The notes under the pieces: model-generated
Seen by the model: only the letters and a program-made list of their open reading frames with translations
Told to the model about the DNA's origin: nothing
The model's database searches: none
Position numbers and translations under genes: made by a program
In this document: positions 14,001 through 24,000 of the stretch, in pieces
Numbering within the stretch: position 1 is the stretch's first letter
Layout: every line of letters begins with the position of its first letter
Assembly (NCBI GenBank): GCA_021613535.1
Contig: CP075495.1
Location: 2,914,001 to 2,978,000 of the forward strand
Direction of reading: 5' to 3'
DNA from: Adineta vaga
Lineage: Eukaryota; Animalia; Rotifera
Length of the DNA stretch: 64,000 bases

Positions 14001-14562
14001 CGATGAAAGAATTCTTTGTTTTTCAATTATTTACCTTGCATCAAGAAGTTTTTCACGTGCAATTTGAGCTAAGATATCTGATGTTTCGCGTATAACACGA
14101 GCACGACCTTCCAAAAAGGTTTGAATATTCTTTTATATAAACAAAGTAGAAAATATAGTTTCAATCGATTTATAAAGAAATAATTACCTCGCATGCATTC
14201 ACTTTTCCGGCTGTACCAGCCCATTTAACTACAGCTAAAATTCGTATAAACAATTGACGAGTACGACATGCAAATTTGACTAATTCTTTTTTTCTAATCA
14301 TACAAAATAAAAGTCATATTTGACGGATTCAATTTTATTACTAAATCTCTACCTTTCTATATTTGTTTTACTTGGTAAACTAGAATTTAAGAGAAGAAAA
14401 TTATGTCGAAATGAAATCAAAAGGTACATACACATCAGCCATTGTATAGAGTTCATGGTATGTTTTTTGTACAGCTGCTTCAAGTAGATGTGAAAGAGGA
14501 GTTTTATCATACATAGGTAGTACTGAAGCATTACTACCATTTGCTGATGAACCAGCAGCCAT
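8097..14562 (-). CDS. MED14: Mediator complex subunit 14 (many exons)
   Basis: PLSHLLEAAVQKTYHEL; RQLFIRILAVVKWA; a Pro/Ser-rich PSPG region; C-terminal ECSLYGTIMELITNLQLP matches the MED14 end. Confidence 0.9.
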
Positions 14563-14862
14563 TATTCTGCTGATTAGGACTGAGTTATTTAGCGAATGAT
14601 AGTAATTTTTCGTAAAATATTAAGTAGAACAAATGAATTGATCTAAATCGAATAAGAAAAAAAGAAAGAAAGTAATCTGATTAGTTTTTCAATATGCCAA
14701 TCAAAAACAAGATATTAGATCCCTCTACCGCCAACCGTTTCTTAGTGACATCTATCGCGTAATGATGAAATTACCGATTCTACATATCCCATTGAAGAAA
14801 TATAATCATGACAATTTAATTGACACTCAAATGGTTTGAGAGAACGTATACAATTTTTGTAC

Positions 14863-14967
14863 GTTTTGAAATGGAAAAAACTTTGTACTTCGTTTTTTTT
14901 CCCAGTGTTGGTCGTGATGTAGCAGTTTTGTTTTAGCTACCGATTACCTGAAAGTTGGGTAATAACC
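14863..14967 (-). ncRNA. Spliced-leader-RNA-like gene (20-nt leader, donor site, three stem-loops)
   Basis: GGTTATTACCCAACTTTCAG|GTAATC with the donor paired in stem 1 (ATTACC/GGTAAT); stem 2 GTAGC/GCTAC; stem 3 GGAAAAAA/TTTTTTCC; TATAA ~25-30 nt upstream. No canonical Sm site. Confidence 0.45.
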
Positions 14968-15242
14968 AGTAGAACATACACAAATATAAACTTATAGACT
15001 AGACTGTACGACAGAATGATGAAAAAATGAGAGAAAAAGAAGAGAACAAAGAAAAAGGGAATATATATCTTCCAACTCATCGTACGTTACGTTTTTCTCT
15101 TTTTCCTCTTTCTCTTTTTTCTCTTCATGTATATAAATGAGCTAGTAAGATATTTCATTAGCCATTTTTATAATCAGCACACTTTAACCAACTCATCGAT
15201 ATAAATTGTCGTCGAGTTTAACGTGGGTTACTTCGTTTGGTA

Positions 15243-15365
15243 ATGGCTCGTGGATTTGAAGAAATTATTATGATTGATCCGTCAACCTTCGATGTTTCCA
15301 CAAGTGATGAAGTTAAAGAAGCAAAATTAACTCAATCTTGTACATGTCTCTTATTATGTGCATAG
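15243..15365 (+). CDS. 40-aa small ORF with Cys-rich C-terminus (microprotein or gene fragment)
   Basis: MARGFEEIIMIDPSTFDVSTSDEVKEAKLTQSCTCLLLCA*. Codon usage resembles neighbouring genes, and TATATAAA lies ~110 nt upstream. Below the ORF-track cutoff. Confidence 0.35.
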   Translation: MARGFEEIIMIDPSTFDVSTSDEVKEAKLTQSCTCLLLCA

Positions 15366-15779
15366 TTTGATTATTTGTGTGCAAATGTGACAGTGTGTCA
15401 CATAAAAACTTAGGAAAATTCAACCAAAAAAATGGTGAAAAAATACATTCGACAAAACGCTTCGAATTATTGTGATATGTAACTTTTTAACTCAACATGA
15501 AACAAACAAAAAAATTTAACAAAACAAAAACAACGGCAAACAATTGGCGTTGACAAAAAAATCGAAAAATTCAAATAAACCAAAAAAAAATCAAACAAAA
15601 ACAGTTTGCAACCTGTGGTCGCAAAAAAAAGCAACAAAAGGACAAAATCCAAAAAAATCAAGTTAAACAAAAACGATTGTATATCGACAAAAAAATTGTA
15701 AAATTTAAAAAAAGAAACCAAAAAAAATTGTATCTGCTTCGTGAAAATCCTGTCACCTCTCCGTGGTGAAGCAGACTAG
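15336..15779 (+). mobile_element. Putative non-autonomous Helitron-like element (5' end uncertain)
   Basis: Hairpin tcacc..ggtga (15753-15769) ends 10 nt before the end of CTAG|T (15776-15780). The body is A-rich with many short hairpins. Confidence 0.4.
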
Positions 15780-16896
15780 TACTTGTTCGTTTAATCCTAG
15801 AAACGTTCAAGGAAGCTAAGAACAGGAATCTTTATATTTAACTTGAACATTTTTTTTATCATCGATCGTATCGTCGTGTCATGTCTACCAGACAAGACAT
15901 GACGTCATGTAAATAGCGATGATTAAGACTTGTTTTTTTCCAAGAATATGGATGTTATTGAATTTCAATAACATTTAATGAAGTACGATATAAAAATCTC
16001 GATCATTATTTCTAAATATACTGAGTATAAATATGATGAAAGTTAAAAATACAGATGGCAGTAGTCAATTACTCAAATAATACTTCGAAGGTGTAACGGA
16101 GGAAAATGAACACGTGTAATTGCGAAAGTATACATGAAAAAATTCAAACATTTTACATGCATTTAAATAGTATTCGTATTTAAGCAATTGATGATTTTAT
16201 ATTTAATATACTGTAAAGGTGTTATAGAATGGGTATGAAACAAAATGATCTATTGTGTAGATGATTATCAGTTTTTGAACAACTAATGTAGGAAATCGAA
16301 GAAGTCAATATATACTTTACAAAATATAACGGGAGAAACAATACTGCATTATACTCTCTCTCTCTCTCAATTAATATTTATATTTATAGTTTCCTCTTGC
16401 CTTTGTTGTTTGATTAACATAGACGTGATCAACAGTAAATATTTAATAATCTAGATAGTTAGCAAAGTAAAAAAGACATGGTATTCATGCCTTTTTTTTC
16501 TACCGAAAGAAAATATACAAACAAGATGTGCAGCATGATATTTCTGCCATAGAATGATGAACTATAAACCAATTTAATATCTAGTATCTTGAGAATGTCA
16601 GTGTGAGTTTTAAGAGATCAACTCAATAGTATCATTTCATTCATTGTCCTTCTATGCATAGAAAAAATGCTCAAACAGCAGTTAATTTTGTTCAAAAAAA
16701 TATGTCAAAACCGAAATAATAAGAGCAACTGAAGATAAGAGAAAGTTACCGAATAGTTCGTTTTTGATTATCTCACTCGTTCTTTATACATACATACATT
16801 CATTTCATATATGAGAATAAATACCATATGGATATTAAACGTGCCTGGATATAAATACTTATTATATTTTATACTTCATAGTCCATTTCAGTTACA

Positions 16897-18665
16897 ATGC
16901 TACGCATTATTTCATTTATATTTCTCAATTGTTTTATTCTTCATACAACTAGTCAATTATCTCGTATTCAAGTTGATCCAACTACTCAACATTTTATCGA
17001 TGAATATGGTCGTGTACGTATCTTTCATGGAGTCAATGTTGTTTATAAACTTCCACCTTTTCTTCCAAATTTAACACATTTTGACCCACAAAATTCCTTG
17101 ACAGAAGACGATCTAAATAATTTACATCAATGGGGTTTTAATGTGATTCGATTCTATACATCATGGATGGGTGTGAATCCAGCATCGGAAACTGAAATTA
17201 ATCAACAATATTTGACACAATTATCAAAAGCTGTACAAATGATGGAAGATAAAGGCATCTATGCTCTATTAGATTGTCATCAAGATGTTTTTTCAAGATA
17301 TTTTTGTGGTGAAGGAGTACCAGATTGGGTTACAAAGAAATTAGATGATACTATAGTCAATACATTTCCATTTCCATTAGCAATAAATATAACTCGAGAA
17401 CCAGATACTGGTTATCCAACAATAGATGCATGTTTAAAACGACCATTTTTTCAATATTATTTAACAGAAGCCGTTATGAAGGGATTTAATATGTTGTAAG
17501 TATAGAAAATGTTCTTAAGTATCGATTAAAAATCATTCTTATTAATTAGATATACAAATGAACATGGAGTTCTTGATTCATTTGCATCATTTTGGCGAAC
17601 TGTTGCTAGTACTTTTGCTAATCGTACATCTGTTCTTGGTTTTGATTTATTAAATGAACCAACATTTTCTAAACTTATTGATGCAGTTAAACTTGGTCAA
17701 GTCGATCGAACGTATCTTACACCATTGTATAAAAAATTACATGATGTTATTCGTCAAGTTGATGATAAACGTATTCTCTTCTTTGAACCATGTGTTGCTG
17801 ACTTACTTGAAACAGGACTTGAACAAGGACCTGGTGGTGTTCAATATAACGATCGACAAGCATTTAGTTATCATATTTATTGTATTGATGTAACGAAACA
17901 AGGTGATCCAAAATCAGATTTAGTATGTGATGTTGATGATAAACTTCTTATTGGTTTACGATATCAAGAAGCAAAGAAGAAAAATTTCGGTGGCATGATG
18001 CTAACTGAATTTGGTGCAATTAGTAATTCCACGGAAGGCACAAAAGAACTTTCACGTATTACAGGAATTGCAGATGAATATCTTCAAAGTAAATCTAAAG
18101 AAATTTTGCCTAATATTTTGTTTTTATTAATGATAAATTTAGGTTGGTCTTATTGGCAATTTAAAAAATATCAAGATTTAACAACAGCAGCAAGTCCAGC
18201 AACGACAGAATCTTTCTATACCGAAGATGGTGAATTAGAATTGAATAAAGTACGAGCACTTTCACGTACTTATGCACAAGCTATTGCAGGTAATCTTAAT
18301 TAATCATACATAATGATGATAGATTTGAACAACTCTTCTTTCAATTAGGTCAACCAATAATTATGACATTTGATCCAATAGCTGCAACTTTTCAATTAAT
18401 ATTTATTATTAATACAGATATTCGTCAACCAACAATTGTTTATCTTAATGAAGATTTAAATTATCCCCATGGTATTAATATCAATGTGTCTCCAGCTGAT
18501 TCATTAACATGGACATCACCTAATCGCAATTATTATGAATTTTTACCGGCAACATCAACGAAAACTAATACAACAGTTACGATTAAAATTGTACCGAAAA
18601 CACTCATATGGTATAAAAAGTTATGGACTTGGCTTAAAATAGAACTCCTATCATGGTTTCAATAA
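16897..18665 (+). CDS. Secreted GH5 endoglycoceramidase-like glycosidase (4 exons)
   Basis: Signal peptide; FIDEYGRVRIFHGVNVVYK; LLDCHQD; catalytic LLNEP and LTEFG; SRTYAQAIAG. Confidence 0.9.
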
Positions 18666-18926
18666 ATTATAAAAGTCATGTCATTTTCTTTATTGATAAC
18701 TAAAACATTCCGTCGTTTTATTCATAGTGTATAGAAAGAAACTGCTAAAGATATGTTTTACGGGATATTGTTTTCATTGTTTATTTAAACTATATCTAAA
18801 AGAGTCGAAATACATATCGCGAGAATGAAATAGTACAGAAAAAAACACACACACACACGTGTGTTAATGATGCTTGATTAATTTTGAGACTAGATTTGAA
18901 CAGATCAATAAAAGAAAATAGAAATA

Positions 18927-20701
18927 TCACTGGTCTTTATTGTTTGCTTTTGCATAAAGACCAACACGATTACGATACCATGTTTTGCCAATTTGATCGG
19001 CGGGCGTTTTTTCAGCTAACTCTTTGGAATCTTCTTCACGTTTGTACGTAAAACGATAATCATATAACCATGCACGTATCATTTTCGGTGGTTTCTCACG
19101 GAAGGGTTCAGGTAATGGACCGAGTAACGATAAAACTGCTTGATTATGTTGAAGAATACGTTGTAAAAATACATTGAACCATGTCGGTGGTGGAGCACCT
19201 CGAGCAGCTTCATTTGGTAAAAACCTAAATAGATAAAAATTTATTTTTATCCTTTCAATCGAACCTATTCTTCTCTTTACCAAAGTCTCCAGTCGAGATT
19301 CGGCATATGACAAAATGGTACAATTGGTAAACTTTTATTAATATTCGATGGTTTATATTTAAAATCATATTCATACCAAGTACTTCCATCTTCACTTCCT
19401 TCAATAATAATTTCCCATCGACGTTTAGTCATATGGGCAAATTTTACATAACGACCACAAAGTCGAATCGGTGTGATTAAATCATGACCATTTTCTGACC
19501 AATTCATTAGAAAATTCCATGGATTTAAGAAAAATCTTTGAAAATATCTATGCTGATAAATAAATTGTGTTATAGTCAACGGTCGAGATGTATAACAAGT
19601 AAAGATTGGCCATGAAAATGGATTTTCACCGCGAAATGTTGCCAATAATGGTACAAGTGAAATAGAAAAGTAAGGTAGAGCAATACATAGCCATGGTAAT
19701 AACTTAAAAGGCCATGCAATAGCATACGGTGCAACAGCTGTATATTCAAGAAATGAAATAATAAATTGAAATGGAATTACTGAACGCCATACATTATCAT
19801 TTAAAAGTAAAATCATTTCTGTTATTGTTAACGGAGCAAGATGTGCATAATTTCCAGTAAAATTAATTCCTAATAAAATCATTAGAAAAAATACAAATGC
19901 AATCCATCGAATTTTTTGTGGTGTATAACAAAGTAGTGCTCCACTGCCTTCGCTAATATAGGTAAAATATGTTTCAAACTTATGTACAGATGCTGGCATA
20001 CGATAAAATATCGGTGATAGTGGATTTGGTAAAGGTCTACAATAGAAATAATTGTGTTCAAAATGAAGAAGAAATTAAAATGATTTACTGAGTCCAATAA
20101 TGCCATAACATTGCTGTACCATCTTTCCAACTTGAATCTCCACCTGTATACTAGAAGAGAATGACATAGTCGAGATAAGTTTCCATTTGAATCGACTTAC
20201 TTTTCCCGCTGCACCACCAAGCATAATTCGAAATAGAAGTGACCATTGAATAAAAACTAATACTTCTGGTTGGACAGCAAGAAATGGTGAACATAAGATG
20301 TAGAGCAAATCGGTTTCTAATAGATTTGAATGCATTTGTAAGCCCATAAATGTTGTTGATACGGTTACTAATGATGAATAACAAAGCCAACAACCGATTA
20401 GACAAATACCAGATGGAATAATTGCAAAAAAAGCCATAATTGAACAGATAATGCCTATCCAATGAAGCGTCAAAAGAAACTTGTCGGAATCCGAAATTAG
20501 TAAACAAAGTGTTGGACGTTCAAAAAATGTGATTTTTCGTTCCTTCCATTGACGAACAATATGACAAGCAGGTAAGATACCTGTACTACCTATTTGACCA
20601 CGCCATTGTGATAGAGACGAAAGGAATGCAGCCAAATTAATAAAAGCTAATGAACGTTCAAAAAGTGAAATAGATAAAGACCACGGTTCATTAAATAACA
20701 T
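18927..20701 (-). CDS. Lipase maturation factor (LMF) family membrane protein (4 exons)
   Basis: QIGSTGILPA, LLETD, FRIMLGGAAGK, WHYWTQPLPNP, EIIIEGSEDGSTWYEYDFKYKP, HMPNLDWRLWF. Confidence 0.88.
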
Positions 20702-21004
20702 TATGTTTTTTTTTTCTGCAAGAAAACAAGTTGTTTTTAATCATAAATTCTATATGCATTCTCTCTCTACATATATATAAATATATGAATAAATGTTTAT
20801 TGATATTGAATGACACAATAGTCACAATAACAATCACTTTTTCAAGAAAAAAAAACAACTATTAAATAGAATCGAAAATGAAGCTAATAGACGAGTAATC
20901 AGATAGATTGATTCACTCTTTTTTACGTGCTACATTATAAAATCAATAACAAAAAAAAGTTAAAAAAAAAGGTGATCAATCGAGTGATAAATTCACGCGA
21001 TTTT

Positions 21005-24000
21005 TCACTGTGAAGTTGCTTGACTAATTAACATTCGATTTAATCCATCACGTTGTTCATTGTTTACATTTGCTAATATATCCGAAAGAAGATCCGGATA
21101 GGTTTGAAGTAATCTTAAAACAAATAAAAACTCATCAAACATATATGTTTATTAAACAACTAGAACAAACCGATGAATATCTTGACGAGCACTGTTTTTC
21201 AGTAAAGCTAACATACGATTATGAATTGATGATGTTTGAAATTGTTCAAACCATTCAGCAACAAGTTTATCTTCTGCCCATTGTGAATTCTAAAATTTTG
21301 AATATTATTTAGCATTTTAGTATGAAAAAACAAAACATGAATTTGTTTTACATTATTATTATAATCTTCATTGAACCATTGTTGAAGATAATTGGAAGCT
21401 TGTTGATAATCCATTGATGGTTCAAGTGAAAGCATAGTTTTAATAATACTATTTTCACCTAAACGACGTTTCAATCGCCAATAAAAAAATTGTCGACTTG
21501 TACGCCAATCCAAAATTTTCTTTTCAAAACAAATTTAAGCGTTTCCTTTTTTCAGAATGAGAAAGGAAAATCAACTTACTCGAATAACACCTTTCTCTAA
21601 CATACGACCGGGAGTATCATGTAAATCACAGAACATGACAGCAGCTTGTTGATAAACGGGCAATAAGAATTTTTCTCGTTCAGCTAATTTTCTTTCCAAA
21701 TCTTCTTTCATATCATTCTGTCCTGTTCCACATAAATTCATGTCTTTCACCAAATCACGACAGATTACATCGAGTCGATGAATCGTACGTGTTAAATCTT
21801 TCGTACGATATTTGATTTCTACTGTTCCTTCAGGTTCAAGTACACCACCACGACTTAACTGATCGGCATACATTTCCATATAACGTAAATTAATAGTTGG
21901 ATCAATAACAACCCAAGCTCCACCACGTAATTCACCAAATGGTGGAATATAACTAAAAACAGGTTGTTCATATTCTCGTAATGCATCAACAATATAAGCA
22001 CCAAATTTCATGATCTGATCAAACATATCTTTCATTCCACCACTGAAACCACGCCAATTCGCAAAGATCATTAATGGTAAATTTTCTCGTTTAAAATCAT
22101 TAATTGCTTGAGCTGTCTTAAATGCCGAATCAGGAAACCAAACTTGACCAGCTTGTTGAATCGTACGAGCATCAGAATCAAAATTTGCTGGATCAGCTGG
22201 TTGTTCCATTTCCACTGTTCGTGTTTCAACAGCAATAACACCCATTGCTGAACAAGAAAAGAAAATTCGTAAGAAGAATAATGAATTGTTTGTTAAACTA
22301 CTTACGAATGCCACCAAGACGGGCACGTCCACAGACAACTGTCTTAGCCCAACCTTTCATGATTTCAATGAATGAATCTCGATCAAAAAAACCTGATTGA
22401 AATGAAGCAGCCATTGAATTATTTGAATCCAAATGACTTAGATTAGGTTGCGTTGATGCTAATTGTCGTCCTTGAATCATATGTCGAGGATCATATGGTG
22501 TTGATGTTGGAATAAAGTCAATTGTACGATCGATTGGATCAGCATTTGCAGGTAATATTGGTGGTAAATGTAACATTGTTTCAGGCATATAGGAAAGCCA
22601 ACGTAATATAAGCAAACATCCATCGAAATCATCTTTGACAACATCATGTGTTATACCATTATTAAACATAATTTGTGTTCCACCTAGTTGATTATTTCCA
22701 TTATAAACTTCTCGACCAAGAACTTTATTCAATGCTCCAGCACCTGTTAAAATAATATGTGAATTTTCTACTTGTATAACACGTGAGCCAAGTCGTACAA
22801 GATATGCACCAATACCAACAGCTCGACAAGTTACTAAACTAATTGTTGGCTAAAATAACAAATTTTGAACAATCAATAGATGTCGAAAATGTTATTCTTT
22901 CATATACTTACAATAACGTTATAGGCAAGTGAAGTTTCACCAGCGATCATACCTGATCCACGTAAGTTTTCTACACCTAAATTATTTTCTTTACCAATAA
23001 TATCAATAATCTTATGTCGTGTTTCTCCATCTTCATTGACAATTTCTGTTCGTACACTATTGCTTGTCGATACAAGTGCATATTCTTCGGGTGTTAAATA
23101 TAAATATTTTATACCCTTATCAATATCTTTCGAATCATTCCATGCAATATGATAAAGAAATTTTAATTCTTCAGCAAGACCAATACGTGCACCACTATTC
23201 GCTGAAATATAAATACGTGGTACACGTTCCAAACGTGATAATTCCGATGCACGTTGAAATAGTAAATCTTCATCCATACCAAATGAACCAATTTTATATG
23301 TTATATCATTTGCAATAACAATAATTGTACGACCATTCGGACATTCAGGTGTTTTCATACGAATACGCCATGCAACGATACCACAATCGTTTTCTGCTGG
23401 TAAACGTGTACGTGTTATCAAACCGCATTGTTTCAATTTTTCATTGATTTCATTTGTATCCGATGAAGATAATTGTAATGATATTGGTGTCAAACTTGAA
23501 GGTGTTGAGGGTGTTTGTTCACTGTTTATAATCGGAGTAGATATAGCTGTTGACACTGTTGGAGTATTTGATGCTGATACAGAGTCCGGTGAAAGTATTA
23601 AAGATGAATTAATTTCATCTTGTTTTATATTATTAAGAATAAGTTCTTGACAAACAAAAATATCTTTTGGTATTGTTTGATCTTTCAATTTAGTCGTTTC
23701 AAAATATTGTTTCCATGTGACTAATAATGCTCGTCGAAACATTTCTGGTAGATCGTAAACATACGTTGTACTATTTGATTGAGCAGTAAAACGTTTATAT
23801 TGTAATTGATCTTTTGTTAAATAAGGATCATGTAATGCTCGACCATCTAATGGACCTGTTTTACCAATATTATATGTTTGAAAAATAGTTTGACCCGTTG
23901 ATTGATTTGTTACTTCTCGATATAATGAAATATCAAGATGATAACCACTTTCATACGTCATAAATACACGAAAAGGTGTTGGTTCAGAATCTTGTCCTAT

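Noticed and set aside
14909-14968. Plus-strand three-way junction resembling a hammerhead ribozyme
   Set aside because: The core lacks CUGAUGA and GAAA (it reads CGUGAU and CGA). The minus-strand SL-like reading explains the stems better.
15467-15721. 84-aa Phe-rich ORF on the minus strand
   Set aside because: A by-product of T-tracts, with a non-ATG start.
15150-15780. Telomerase, RNase P/MRP or U3 RNA
   Set aside because: No telomere-template repeat, no pairing P4 motifs and no U3 boxes were found.
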